Shown here piece by piece: positions 1 to 12,217 of a DNA stretch of 64,000 nt. The stretch spans positions 4,765 to 68,764 of the forward strand of contig CAWVYO010000001.1 of the NCBI GenBank assembly GCA_963934385.1, given 5' to 3'. A model generated the notes under the pieces. The model saw nothing but the letters and a program-made list of their open reading frames with translations. It searched no databases and was not told the DNA's origin. Source of the stretch: an uncultured bacterium (GTDB lineage Bacteria; Myxococcota_A; UBA796; CAJQPC01). The position numbers and the translations under genes are program-made. The stretch's first letter is position 1. Each line of letters opens with the position of its first letter.

Positions 1-264
1 AAGGCCGGACTCAAAAAGAGCGACATTGATCTGGTCGTTCCACACCAGGCCTCGGGTTTTGGTGTGAAGGTCTACACCCGATATGGGTTCGACGAAGACA
101 AAATAGTGAACGTTGTTGCTGAACACGGCAACTGTGTAGCGGCATCAATACCAATGGCTCTAGTCTCAGCTTTACAGTCAAATAGAATAAAGAGTGGCGA
201 CAACGTAATGCTTATCGGCACCGGAGCCGGACTATCTATTGGCGGACTTATCTTGAAATGGTAG
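1..264 (+). CDS. 3-oxoacyl-ACP synthase III (FabH/KAS III-like), C-terminal fragment; the 5' end lies outside the window
   Basis: Frame 1 is open from base 1 to the stop at 262-264. 'VVPHQAS', 'EHGNCVAASIPMAL' and 'GTGAGLSIGG' match the active-site His/Asn regions and the Gly-rich C-terminus of thiolase-fold KAS III enzymes. Confidence 0.7.
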   Translation, partial: KAGLKKSDIDLVVPHQASGFGVKVYTRYGFDEDKIVNVVAEHGNCVAASIPMALVSALQSNRIKSGDNVMLIGTGAGLSIGGLILKW

Positions 265-280
265 CGAAGAGCTTTCGCTA

Positions 281-862
281 CTAGTACTGAGAAAAAAGTT
301 CAATGGCTATTTGAGGCATCATTACTCCAGGATCAGTCCTGGTTTCAAAATTGTATGGCCACGCAGCCAATAATCTGCCAGATGCTCGAATGCCGTATTG
401 ACCTCGTCTTATGGCTACATCTACTGACGAGGCAATCATAACATCCGCCTCAAACACCCCAAAGTTGTCATCTGGGTTTAGAGTATCACCCATAAAGGCG
501 CTCCAGAGCATCCCTGGACCAACCCTAGCCGTGATGTCCCACGAGAAGGCTGTTGGTTGAACATGGGGTATCCTAATCCCCGGCATAGCAAAGATTCCGT
601 GCATTGGAGAGTGGGTAGATAGCGCCGTTGAGGAGTCTGAGTCCCTTGGATCGCCCGGTGTATAAAACCCACCTAAATCCATGAAGATATACCTTGAGGC
701 CCTTGCCTCCACACCAAATGTAGCTCCTACTAGTCCTGTTCCTACGGCTGATATTGCGCCCATATGAACTCGCATCTTTGGGTCTAAAGCTAGGCGCCCC
801 GCCTCTGAAGTTGCTGGTAACAAGGTAAATAATAAGGCAAAAATTAACGTCGATACTCTCAT
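281..862 (-). CDS. Hypothetical secreted protein, small outer-membrane beta-barrel-like
   Basis: 193 aa. It has a signal peptide (MRVSTLIFALLFTLLPATSEA/G), a Gly/aromatic-rich body and a C-terminal ...ELFSQY with a terminal aromatic residue. Its ATG overlaps the upstream stop as ATGA (859-862). No family recognised. Confidence 0.5.
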   Translation of the reverse strand: MRVSTLIFALLFTLLPATSEAGRLALDPKMRVHMGAISAVGTGLVGATFGVEARASRYIFMDLGGFYTPGDPRDSDSSTALSTHSPMHGIFAMPGIRIPHVQPTAFSWDITARVGPGMLWSAFMGDTLNPDDNFGVFEADVMIASSVDVAIRRGQYGIRASGRLLAAWPYNFETRTDPGVMMPQIAIELFSQY

Positions 863-2001
863 TTTTGATCCTCCAAAGTCCCAAATAGATGGTTGGCTAA
901 CGTTACTAATGCCCTGATGTCGTGAACCTCGCCTCTAATACACGGAGTTTTTGCGAGAAAACCACCACCCAATGAGTCAGATGTACTCTGACTGAACTCT
1001 GAAAACAGGCGTTGTTCTATCTCACTCTGCTCCCTCATTTCAGTGTGCGATTGGGATAACTTTTCCAAGAGTTCTTCCCTATCAAAATCCCCCTCCAACG
1101 CATCCAAATCTAATTTGAGTTGCCCCATCTCTGCAGGGTCTAATTCCACTGTTGAGAGCATCTTATTGACCACTATTCCAGCCAACGGCAGATCCCTTGT
1201 TCGCAGCTCTTCAATAAAATACCGCGAGACCTCCATAGAGGCTTCGGTTGCTGCACAGACAGTAACAAATCTCGTAGTTTCTTTTTCCCTGAGAAGTTCG
1301 TGAACAGCATGATGTCGAGTCTGAAAGCCATCGTATAGTTTCTCAAAGTTTATTAAAAATTCAGAGAACTCCGATAAAAAATCCTTACCAAAAATAGCAC
1401 TCAGAAGCTTAAACATAAGCACTGAGGAGCCCATCATTAGTCTACCAAGACCTTTTCGCTCTCTGTATGGAAGTAAGAACCACTTAATTACCTTAGGATC
1501 CAAGAATCGAGCCAATTTCGATGACGCTTCAAAGAAATTTAGGGCATTTTTAGCTGGTGGTGTGTCCAAAACCACAAGATCAAATCGACCGCTTTCAACC
1601 AGATCGTAGAGGGCCTCAGACGCCATATATTCCTGAGAGCCTGAGAAGTGATTGGAGAGTGTCTGATAGATCCTGTTACCGCGAATAGCGTCTCTTGTGG
1701 CGTCGTCTGGGGCTACCTTATCTATAAGCGAATCAAAGGTCTGACCTGTATCGAGCATCATAGCGGATAGCTCACCAGTGAATAGTCCACCCAACTCAAC
1801 CCTATGTTCTTTGTTCCCGATATCAGATAGACCCAGTGAATTCGCTAATCTCTTTGCTGGATCAATGGTTAAAACGAGAACCCTTCGCCCCAACATTGCC
1901 CCTCTTAGCGCTAATGATGCAGATACGGAGGTCTTTCCTACTCCCCCTGATCCTACACAGACAATTAGCTTGGAATCACGAACTATACTGTCGGAGATCA
2001 T
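859..2001 (-). CDS. ArsA/Get3-family P-loop ATPase (second of a pair)
   Basis: Deviant Walker A 'VGSGGVGKTSVS', plus 'LTIDPAKRL' and 'VVLDTPPAKNALNFF'. I place the start at ATG 2001 (MISDSIV...), which overlaps the upstream stop as ATGA (1998-2001). The longer track ORF (to 2169) would overlap the upstream gene by 172 nt. Confidence 0.8.
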   Translation of the reverse strand: MISDSIVRDSKLIVCVGSGGVGKTSVSASLALRGAMLGRRVLVLTIDPAKRLANSLGLSDIGNKEHRVELGGLFTGELSAMMLDTGQTFDSLIDKVAPDDATRDAIRGNRIYQTLSNHFSGSQEYMASEALYDLVESGRFDLVVLDTPPAKNALNFFEASSKLARFLDPKVIKWFLLPYRERKGLGRLMMGSSVLMFKLLSAIFGKDFLSEFSEFLINFEKLYDGFQTRHHAVHELLREKETTRFVTVCAATEASMEVSRYFIEELRTRDLPLAGIVVNKMLSTVELDPAEMGQLKLDLDALEGDFDREELLEKLSQSHTEMREQSEIEQRLFSEFSQSTSDSLGGGFLAKTPCIRGEVHDIRALVTLANHLFGTLEDQK

Positions 2002-2912
2002 AGTTCTAGCTCTCTGTCGATGTCCTGGAGCTCTTCGACAAGGCGAGAAACAACTCCTGCCGCACCAGCGTTGTGAGGGATCTCCGGCAGAATTACAACT
2101 TTTGCAGACGTCTCTTTCGCTAATCTTTCTCTGGCATTCCTCGTCGCCAACTCTAATTCTAAGCGCCACTCTCCACTGGCTACAAGTGGATGATCAGAGG
2201 TGGTCGAGAGTCTCGACATGATCGCTGATTCATCTTCAGAGAACAAATTTTCAGTTGATCTATTTAAGAATATCAACGGCTGGTCTAGCCCTTTTGCTAC
2301 CTCATTAACTCTGTGGTACGTCTCAACGGTCTCGTTTACAACCATCTCTTCTCTGAGGGCCACAAGTATCATATTAGTACTTTTACTGGATAACAATTTG
2401 GCGCCTCGCTCTCCTTCACGCCGAATTGGACCAGAGCTAAACAGCCTCAACATTGTCCTTGGAAAGTCCAACAGAGAGATCGTATGTCCCGAAGCTGGCA
2501 TATCCACTATGACAAGGTCATACCTATCCACGAGGTGACCTATCTGTGAGAGTACCACCGTCTCTCTGTTACCGGGAGCGACATCCAAAAACGCTCTTAT
2601 TAACTTGTTACCCAGCAGGTGTTTTACCACTCTTCCCGCCGGGACAGTTCGAACAATCCAAGTGCTCAAGTTCGAAACCCAATCCAAATTCGCTACAGAT
2701 AAATTGGCTGAGATCATCTTTGGAGTGAACTCACTCTCAACACCAAAAATACCGTTCATAGCTGGTCTTTTTACATCAACCTCAACTATGATAGTGTCTC
2801 TACCACTATTTGCAGAGATAGTCCCTAGTGCCGCTGAAAGTGCGCTTTTTCCGGTGCCGCCCTTGCCAGAAACAAGAACTAATTTACCGGAGAGAAGCTC
2901 TTTTACCTTCAT
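1998..2912 (-). CDS. ArsA/Get3-family P-loop ATPase (first of a pair)
   Basis: 'LVSGKGGTGKSALSAAL' is a deviant Walker A. 'VIVDMPASGHTISLL' resembles the ArsA DTAPTGHT switch. 304 aa, immediately downstream of gyrB. Confidence 0.8.
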   Translation of the reverse strand: MKVKELLSGKLVLVSGKGGTGKSALSAALGTISANSGRDTIIVEVDVKRPAMNGIFGVESEFTPKMISANLSVANLDWVSNLSTWIVRTVPAGRVVKHLLGNKLIRAFLDVAPGNRETVVLSQIGHLVDRYDLVIVDMPASGHTISLLDFPRTMLRLFSSGPIRREGERGAKLLSSKSTNMILVALREEMVVNETVETYHRVNEVAKGLDQPLIFLNRSTENLFSEDESAIMSRLSTTSDHPLVASGEWRLELELATRNARERLAKETSAKVVILPEIPHNAGAAGVVSRLVEELQDIDRELEL

Positions 2913-2948
2913 TACAAGGTCCTACGTCAACGAAGAAAATGTACTCGG

Positions 2949-5369
<2,421 letters not shown>

Positions 5370-5449
5370 CTAATTCATACAAATAGATGCTCTCCAGTAA
5401 CAGGAATTAGGCTTTACTGCACTCATTATAAGAGACAATAATAACTACT

Positions 5450-6544
5450 CTATTGGCTCCTAGTTACCTCACCATTTTTTACGTGAAAAAGTGCCATGTC
5501 TGATGCGTCTTTTGAGTTGAAAAGATCAGGGCTAGTAGTAGAAATAAAACACTGTACATCTAAGCTGTTCAGGGTATCTATTAGGCTGTTTCTACGGTAT
5601 TCATCCAGCTCGGAAGAGAGGTCATCGAGTAAAAACATTGGTCTTGCGCCCATCTCTCTAACTACAAATAACTCCGACAATTTTAGGGCCAACACCAAAG
5701 ATCTAGCCTGACCTTGAGATGCGAATGGTCGTGCTCTGTGTTGATTTAGCTCTATAACTAGGTCATCTCGTTGCGGACCCACCGTATCCCAACCACGCTC
5801 TATTGCCTCCTGACGCTTGGATTGGAGCAATTCCATGTAACGGTTCGTCTGCTCATCCAAGTCACCGTCTCCGAGACATCCACGATATCTAATGGAGGCC
5901 CCATCAGAATTAGCTATTTTAATGTGCATCTCATTGAATGGAACTGACAAATACTGAATGAACTCTCTTCGTTTAACAGAGACTTTCGCACCAGCCAGAG
6001 CGAGCTGTTCGTCTATGACGTCGAGTTGAACGGGATCCGCCCACCCACTCTTCAGTAAGGCACCCTTCTGAGCCAATAATTTTCTAAATACCCTATAGGT
6101 TTCTAAATATGTTGGTCGCGAAGTAAACACCGCCCTATCAATAAAATCGCGGCGAACATCGGGTCCACCTCTAACGATATTTACATGAGATGGTGCGAAA
6201 ACTATAGCTCTTATACTCTGAAAATAATCAGATAAGGTTTCTGGTGACTTTCCATCAACCTTAGACTTTCTATTGTCACCAGTTAGCTCATACTCAAAGA
6301 GCCTTTTATGACCTTCATCATCTATATGACCACTTATTTTGGCTAAATTTGAACCCCACTTGATAAGCTCTGATCGCTTATGCGTTCTAAAACTTTTCAG
6401 TGTGGAAAGCGCACATATAGACTCGATTATGTTCGTCTTTCCCTGTCCATTATCACCATAAAAGACTACAAATTTAGAGGCAGTATTTATATTAATTCTG
6501 CCAATATTACGAAAATCTGTAACTGCGAGGTCTATTAATCTCAC
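5450..6544 (-). CDS. recF: DNA replication and repair protein RecF
   Basis: Walker A 'FYGDNGQGKTNIIESI', signature 'FASQGQARSLVLALKL', Walker B 'MFLLDDLSSELD'. Sits in the dnaA-dnaN-recF-gyrB order. GTG start. Confidence 0.93.
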   Translation of the reverse strand: MRLIDLAVTDFRNIGRININTASKFVVFYGDNGQGKTNIIESICALSTLKSFRTHKRSELIKWGSNLAKISGHIDDEGHKRLFEYELTGDNRKSKVDGKSPETLSDYFQSIRAIVFAPSHVNIVRGGPDVRRDFIDRAVFTSRPTYLETYRVFRKLLAQKGALLKSGWADPVQLDVIDEQLALAGAKVSVKRREFIQYLSVPFNEMHIKIANSDGASIRYRGCLGDGDLDEQTNRYMELLQSKRQEAIERGWDTVGPQRDDLVIELNQHRARPFASQGQARSLVLALKLSELFVVREMGARPMFLLDDLSSELDEYRRNSLIDTLNSLDVQCFISTTSPDLFNSKDASDMALFHVKNGEVTRSQ

Positions 6545-6550
6545 AAGATA

Positions 6551-7666
6551 TTAGTCAATTCTCATTGGCATTATGACGAACAGTCCATCGTTATCACCAG
6601 GGGATCTAATAATAGCAGCCGCTACTGATTCGCCTAACTCTAAGTTTATGTTGTCTGATTTGATAACCGACAACACATCCAAGAAATACCTAGCGTTGAA
6701 TCCTAAGGTCAAATCACCACCAGAACTCTCAATGGCTATCTCTTCTTTTGATTCACCAATATCGATATTGTTCGTTGAAATAGTAAGAGAATTACCTTCA
6801 AAAGAGAATCTAACTGGACGAGCTCTATCAGAAGCCAGAAGACCTACGCGCTTCAGAGCACCAGTAATAAGCTCCTTTGATATTGTAATTATCTTAGTGT
6901 TGTTCTCAGGTACTACCTTTCGGTACTCTGGAAATTCACCATCTATAAGTCTAAAGAAAAACCTAGACTTAGGCATGGTGACCAATGCTCCATTCTCACC
7001 AAAAGATATCTTCACGTCAGTATCGGAGACATCACACAACTTTCTCAACTCATTCATAGCCTTTCTTGGAATAAGCATTCTCTTTGGCATTACGAAATCA
7101 CCTGTAAAATGACTTCCAGCGTACGACAATCTGTGACCATCGGTTGCAACCATTCTGAGCATTGGGGAATCAGAACCACCAACTACCTCCAAATGAGAAC
7201 CATTAATTCCGTATCTGTTGTCTTCAGAGGCTATAGAAAAACTACACTGATCTACCATGTGTTTTAGATCTTTAGATTTCAGTACAATGGTACTGCCTTC
7301 AGTGAAATTTGTGACTGGTGGGTAGTCTTCTGCAGGTCTACCCAACATCTTAAACCAGGCAGAGCCTGAAGATATTTCAACTCTACTTTGGGCACTTACT
7401 TTCATATGAATAGTATTGTCTGGCATGCTGCGAGCTATTTGAAAGAGATGGTGACCATCAACTGTGATTGAGCCAGGTGTAGTTACATTAGATTTTAGCT
7501 CTCCAATATAGGTAACCTCCGTATTGGTGGCAGTGAGCGCAATACCGTCCTCTTTAGCCACTATTAATACATTTGAGAGAATTGGATTTGTACTCCTTTT
7601 CTCAACAATTCCTTGCACGTGACTTAGACCATTAATGAGTTCGTTTTTTTCTATGTAGAGTTCCAT
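6551..7666 (-). CDS. dnaN: DNA polymerase III beta sliding clamp
   Basis: 371 aa between dnaA and recF. Contains 'MVATDGHRL' and the C-terminal 'LFVIMPMRID', typical of beta clamps. Confidence 0.95.
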   Translation of the reverse strand: MELYIEKNELINGLSHVQGIVEKRSTNPILSNVLIVAKEDGIALTATNTEVTYIGELKSNVTTPGSITVDGHHLFQIARSMPDNTIHMKVSAQSRVEISSGSAWFKMLGRPAEDYPPVTNFTEGSTIVLKSKDLKHMVDQCSFSIASEDNRYGINGSHLEVVGGSDSPMLRMVATDGHRLSYAGSHFTGDFVMPKRMLIPRKAMNELRKLCDVSDTDVKISFGENGALVTMPKSRFFFRLIDGEFPEYRKVVPENNTKIITISKELITGALKRVGLLASDRARPVRFSFEGNSLTISTNNIDIGESKEEIAIESSGGDLTLGFNARYFLDVLSVIKSDNINLELGESVAAAIIRSPGDNDGLFVIMPMRID

Positions 7667-7750
7667 CTTAGGAGCCTCGTTGCTTATGGTTATGAGTTTA
7701 ATATAATTACTATTAATTTAATTAATCATCATCATCTATGGCTATTGAAG

Positions 7751-7759
7751 TGTGGATAA
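7751..7759 (-). promoter_or_regulatory. DnaA box, perfect consensus (TTATCCACA on the minus strand)
   Basis: The plus strand reads TGTGGATAA at 7751-7759. Confidence 0.75.
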
Positions 7760-7874
7760 CTTCTAAAATTGTAGTGATAACAACTGTTTAGATTGTAGTA
7801 TGTCTGAATATAGTTTGTATTACAGCCTATGGATTCCTATGAATAACTCGATGACCGAATTGTAACGGCTCTTT

Positions 7875-7883
7875 TTATCCTCA
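7875..7883 (+). promoter_or_regulatory. DnaA box-like site, TTATCCTCA (8/9 match)
   Basis: Read directly from the sequence; one mismatch to TTATCCACA. Confidence 0.45.
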
Positions 7884-7970
7884 GATTTTCACTAAGTGAA
7901 TCATAGAGTTGTACATGGTTTATCATTATGGTTGTAAATAGAAATATAAGGTTTTAATTTACGCAAAATC

Positions 7971-9368
7971 TTATGGTTGTGGGTCAGTTTCTAGGTCTAA
8001 ATTTTTCTCGATTGTCTTAATTGTGTGCCGAAGATCAGGGTCTATTTTTTGTTGTTTATCGATCTTCTTACAGCCGTATTGAACTGTAGAATTATCTCTA
8101 ACAAAAGCACGACCTAAGTCTGGAAAAGATAGATTAGTGTGTTTTCTTGATAAGTACATCGCAACTTGTCTAGGAAAAGCGACCTCTTTCATCTTTCTTG
8201 AAGCTTTCATGTCTCCAACTCTGATCCCATAGAGCCGCGCTGTTGCTAACATTACTTTGTCTACGGTAATGGGTTCCCGTTCCTCAATGTACAAATTGCT
8301 AAGGTGTTTCTGAGCAAATTCAATTGTGATTGGAACTGATAAAAATGATGATAGCGCAGCTAATCTATTGAGAGCACCCTCGAGCTCTCTGATGTTTCCA
8401 CGAACTCTAGCTGCTATCCAATTTTCTAAATCCGATGGTAATTCAATATTTAGCGAGTCACATTTTTTTCTGAGAATAGCTAGCATGGTCTCGTGGTCTG
8501 GAGGTTGAATATCCGCCAGAAGACCACCTTCAAATCTAGTTCTAAGCCGAGGCTCCAACTTGTCTATTTCTCTAGGTAGAACATCAGATGTGACAATGAT
8601 CTGTCGCCCTGAATTCTTTAGCTCTTCCATTGTGTGGAAAAACTCTGCCTGAGATCGATCTTTTCCCGATAAAAATTGGATGTCGTCAACCAATAAGATG
8701 TCTATTTCATCTCTGAAACGACCTCGGAATTCATCCATCTTCTTGAACCGTAAGGCATTGATCATCTCGTTGACCCAAGACTCAGCCGTTGTGTACCTAG
8801 CCCTACAATTAGGATCTTGAGCTATTAGTTGATTAGCTATGGCTTGAGTCAGGTGAGTTTTACCGAGTCCAGTACAGCCATAGATAAACAATGGGTTGTA
8901 ATTAGAGCCGGGGAATTCGCTCACTGCAAGAGATGCTGCATGGGCAAATTGATTACATGCGCCTATGACAAAATTACCGAACGTCATTTTAGTATCTAAT
9001 CGATGAGAGTTAGCTAGTTGATCGCTCTGCCTATTGTTCTGCGTAGACCTAGCCTTGAGATCATTGCCATATGTAATGGTTTCAGGAGCCGTTTTCTCAA
9101 GCTCAAACGAATAGGTGATTTTCTTTATGGGAGGAATATTAAAGGAGAGAGATATTAAACGGAGCTCATTTAGGATGTCTTCGTTGTGATTCTCTTTGAC
9201 CCATTCGGAATAGTAGCGATTTGGAACTTGTAGTGCGACGCAGTCATCTTCGATGCTTATAATTTTAATTGGTTTTATCCAAATATCGAAAGGCTGTGAT
9301 CCAATTCTCTTTTCAAGTTGAACAAGAGTTTTGTCCCAAAACGACTGAATATCAAAATTATTAGACAC
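7971..9368 (-). CDS. dnaA: Chromosomal replication initiator protein DnaA
   Basis: Walker A 'IYGCTGLGKTHL', Walker B 'ILLVDDIQFL', 'RTRFEGGLLADIQPPD'. C-terminal DNA-binding domain 'FPRQVAMYLSRKHTNLSFPDLGRAF..RDNSTVQYGCKKI'. GTG start at 9368. Confidence 0.97.
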   Translation of the reverse strand: MSNNFDIQSFWDKTLVQLEKRIGSQPFDIWIKPIKIISIEDDCVALQVPNRYYSEWVKENHNEDILNELRLISLSFNIPPIKKITYSFELEKTAPETITYGNDLKARSTQNNRQSDQLANSHRLDTKMTFGNFVIGACNQFAHAASLAVSEFPGSNYNPLFIYGCTGLGKTHLTQAIANQLIAQDPNCRARYTTAESWVNEMINALRFKKMDEFRGRFRDEIDILLVDDIQFLSGKDRSQAEFFHTMEELKNSGRQIIVTSDVLPREIDKLEPRLRTRFEGGLLADIQPPDHETMLAILRKKCDSLNIELPSDLENWIAARVRGNIRELEGALNRLAALSSFLSVPITIEFAQKHLSNLYIEEREPITVDKVMLATARLYGIRVGDMKASRKMKEVAFPRQVAMYLSRKHTNLSFPDLGRAFVRDNSTVQYGCKKIDKQQKIDPDLRHTIKTIEKNLDLETDPQP

Positions 9369-9698
9369 TAAAACACACCGCTAAGAGAGCCAGCAAGCCC
9401 TCTGTAATAATGACGCCAAAAAGCAGATCGTACCTCGTCCTGCCCATAGTTATCAATAGCCACTTTTTTATAAAAATAGCAAGAATTATGATCTAATGGA
9501 GAACGCCCAAAAGATCGATAATTCTTTCAAACAAACAAAAAACCACAGATTGAAGTGAATTGTGATCCTTGACCCTTTGATAATCGTGGGCTAATTGGGG
9601 TCGCATAACCGATAGTGACAACCAAACTACGGGACTTAGTTTAGGAGCGATATTTACTCCTAGGCATCATTAGCGAGACATTCGCCGGAGAATTTCAG

Positions 9699-9854
9699 AT
9701 GAAACGTACATACCAACCAAGTCAAATAAAACGTAAACGCAGTCACGGTTTCCGTGCTCGTATGGCCACACCAGGTGGTCGTAAGATAATTAATGCTCGT
9801 CGTGCAAAAGGCCGCAAGCGTTTGGTTGTAAGCGTTGCTGGAAAGCGAAACTAA
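9699..9854 (+). CDS. rpmH: 50S ribosomal protein L34
   Basis: Not in the ORF track (51 aa). My translation is [55 protein letters not shown] lies about 8 nt upstream. The gene sits directly upstream of rnpA. Confidence 0.95.
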   Translation: MKRTYQPSQIKRKRSHGFRARMATPGGRKIINARRAKGRKRLVVSVAGKRN

Positions 9855-10215
9855 GATCTCTTCGGAAGGTTTCCCGAAGTCCATAAGAATTCGCAGTACA
9901 CGCGATTATCGTAGAGTTCAGGGGCGCGGCAAAAAGCTACGCACTCGAAATTTATTGATAATTTATACCGCATCTTCATTAGGTGAAAGCCGTTTCGGCG
10001 TCACAGTAAGCAAGAAGGTAGGTAACGCGGTTACAAGAAATCTTGTGAAGCGATGGCTTAGGGAATCCATAAGGCGAAATCAATCCAGACATTCAGCGTC
10101 ACATTCGCTGGATGTAGTTTTCATCGCTTCACCAAGGGCCGCTAAGAGTGATTTTGCCTCAATAAGTAATGAGGTCAATAAAGCTCTAGACAACCTGCTG
10201 GGTGATAGCCGTTGA
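9835..10215 (+). CDS. rnpA: Ribonuclease P protein component
   Basis: '[16 protein letters not shown]' and '[24 protein letters not shown]'. Follows rpmH. The only in-frame start candidate I see is TTG 9835, which overlaps rpmH by 20 nt, so the start is uncertain. Confidence 0.85.
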   Translation: MLESETKISSEGFPKSIRIRSTRDYRRVQGRGKKLRTRNLLIIYTASSLGESRFGVTVSKKVGNAVTRNLVKRWLRESIRRNQSRHSASHSLDVVFIASPRAAKSDFASISNEVNKALDNLLGDSR

Positions 10216-10475
10216 ATCTCTTAGGCTGGATAATATCACTACCAATTCGTTTTTATAGGTATTTTTTATCACCAATACTACCCAAATCGTGTCGATTTCA
10301 CCCGACTTGTTCAGCCTATGGTCTGGAAGCGATAAAGAGCTACGGCCCTTTTCGGGGTGTTTGGATGACGATTCGTCGTATTGGTCGATGTAATCCTTTT
10401 CACCCTGGTGGGTACGATCCAGTACCTTTGATTGATTTGAACAATCTGGAGTCGAATAATGTTGAAGAAGAATGA
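10212..10475 (+). CDS. yidD: Membrane protein insertion efficiency factor YidD
   Basis: '[58 protein letters not shown]'. The TTG start overlaps the rnpA TGA (TTGA at 10212-10215). Confidence 0.9.
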   Translation: MNLLGWIISLPIRFYRYFLSPILPKSCRFHPTCSAYGLEAIKSYGPFRGVWMTIRRIGRCNPFHPGGYDPVPLIDLNNLESNNVEEE

Positions 10476-12150
10476 TGAGGGAGAACAGCGAATAATAAGC
10501 GCTGTATTATTAAGCCTCATCGTGTATCTACTTTGGATGAGTGTTTATGGACCCCCCCCTCCAACCGATACATCGATATCGCAAGTTGGTGGGACAGAAG
10601 AGGTCGTCGTGAATACTGAAAACACTGGAGCTGAAGCACAGGTTGGTGAGACGACAGCAATAGATTCTGATGTTGTCAACGCAGTGGACGATATAGCCGT
10701 TGAACAGTGGATCGAAGAATTCGATAGTGATTCGATTGATTCGATTGTCACCAGTGAAGGTGGAGGAATAGGTCCACTTATTCTTACAAAGTTCAATGGA
10801 GCGATTACTCCAAATTCTTTCTGGGGACATCTCTTTTCTAAGTTTGGTGATGAACCGGCGGAAGAGTGGCTACCATATGGAGAAGAGCCAGGTCTTGAAA
10901 AATTGTTGACTGATGAATCTCTGTTTCTAGCTAGTGGATCTGGCTGGGGTTTTAATATCGATAGATATTCAGTGATCGAGAACTCAGATTCGACGACAGT
11001 AAGGCATTTAGGTGCTGATGGACTACAGGTAACGAAGAGCTTCGCTTTTGCTGAACAGGATGACAACACAATAGAGGTTGTAGTCGAGTTCACGAACACC
11101 AATTCCTCTACTTGGTCAGGCCCGCTATGGGTGGGTTCTGTAGACAGCTTTGAAGGCAATGCGACGAGATACTCAAACGTAGCCCGCCCAGAGATGGTCG
11201 TAGGTGAGGACATCGAGACCCTGTCTGATATTGAAGATGTAGAGTCAAGTATGGTTCAGTTTGAAGGCGATGTAAGCTGGTTTGGAATCAGTGATCGATA
11301 CTTCATGGCAGCTGCAATACCTCAAACCATAAATTGGGGAGGTGGAGTATTCGCTATGTCTAGTGACAACCGCCCTGGTGTGTTCATGGTCAAAGAGAGC
11401 GCTTCACTACAGCCAGGAGCAACTGAAACCCTACGATTTGAGATATACGTAGGAGAGAAAAACCTCAGTATTCTCGATGCTCGGGGGAACAACCTCTCAG
11501 CTACAGTTGACTTTGGTATTTTCGGGTTCTTCTCTCATATTCTACTGAAGATGCTCCTGTTTTTCCAAGGGCTAGTTAGCAATTGGGGACTGGCTATTAT
11601 CTGCCTAACAATTGCTATAAAGACAGCATTTTTCCCTCTCACAAAGAAGTCATTTGTCTCGAGTAGAAAGATGCAGGCATTGGCTCCTAAAATGAAGGAG
11701 ATCAAAGAGACTCACAAGGACAACCCTCAGGCCGCTGGACAAGCCCAGATGAAGCTCTTTAGGGAAGAGGGAGTCAATCCTTTGGCTGGTTGTCTACCAA
11801 TGCTTATCCAGATGCCAGTATGGTTTGCTCTATACTCTGTGCTTTTAGGAGCAGCAGATTTATACCAAGCTGAATTCCTCTATATAGATGATCTCACTAG
11901 TATTGATCCTTGGGGGGTTCTACCTACTTTAGTAGGTGTATTCATGTTCATTCAGCAGCGAATTACACCAATGAGCCCAAATGCAGATCCAATGCAACAG
12001 AAGATGTTTAGAATGCTTCCGTTTGTCTTTGTGATTGTGATGTACCAGTTCCCTGCTGGGTTGGCGCTCTACATACTTGTGAATACTATTTTCTCTATTG
12101 CTCAAATGTGGGCGGTAAACAAAGCACATCCAATGCCACAGACTTCATAA
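10459..12150 (+). CDS. yidC: Membrane protein insertase YidC
   Basis: N-terminal TM helix, a large periplasmic domain, then the C-terminal insertase core ('[21 protein letters not shown]', '[20 protein letters not shown]'). Conserved position after yidD. Confidence 0.93.
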   Translation: MLKKNDEGEQRIISAVLLSLIVYLLWMSVYGPPPPTDTSISQVGGTEEVVVNTENTGAEAQVGETTAIDSDVVNAVDDIAVEQWIEEFDSDSIDSIVTSEGGGIGPLILTKFNGAITPNSFWGHLFSKFGDEPAEEWLPYGEEPGLEKLLTDESLFLASGSGWGFNIDRYSVIENSDSTTVRHLGADGLQVTKSFAFAEQDDNTIEVVVEFTNTNSSTWSGPLWVGSVDSFEGNATRYSNVARPEMVVGEDIETLSDIEDVESSMVQFEGDVSWFGISDRYFMAAAIPQTINWGGGVFAMSSDNRPGVFMVKESASLQPGATETLRFEIYVGEKNLSILDARGNNLSATVDFGIFGFFSHILLKMLLFFQGLVSNWGLAIICLTIAIKTAFFPLTKKSFVSSRKMQALAPKMKEIKETHKDNPQAAGQAQMKLFREEGVNPLAGCLPMLIQMPVWFALYSVLLGAADLYQAEFLYIDDLTSIDPWGVLPTLVGVFMFIQQRITPMSPNADPMQQKMFRMLPFVFVIVMYQFPAGLALYILVNTIFSIAQMWAVNKAHPMPQTS

Positions 12151-12217
12151 GTCATTTTTTTCGGCAGATAACTTAGGTCTATATTGAAGTAGACCACTTT
12201 CAAAAAGGACAGATACG

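Larger units (their letters stand above)
7667..7970. promoter_or_regulatory. Candidate oriC (dnaA-dnaN spacer): AT-rich unwinding region plus DnaA boxes
   Basis: 304-bp non-coding spacer. It has a very AT-rich run at about 7695-7735, a perfect DnaA box at 7751-7759 and an 8/9 box at 7875-7883. Gene strand bias flips around this region. Confidence 0.55.

Noticed and set aside
859-2169. The full 436-aa track ORF for the second ArsA-like ATPase (N-terminal extension MALRIRVGDEECQRK...)
   Set aside because: The extension would overlap the upstream ArsA-like gene by 172 nt and is Cys/Arg-rich with no family features. ATG 2001 gives a canonical N-terminus about 16 residues before the P-loop and a classic ATGA overlap.
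9660-9884. 74-aa minus-strand ORF in the dnaA-rnpA spacer
   Set aside because: It lies antisense to an unambiguous rpmH (L34) coding sequence at 9699-9854, so it is a shadow ORF.
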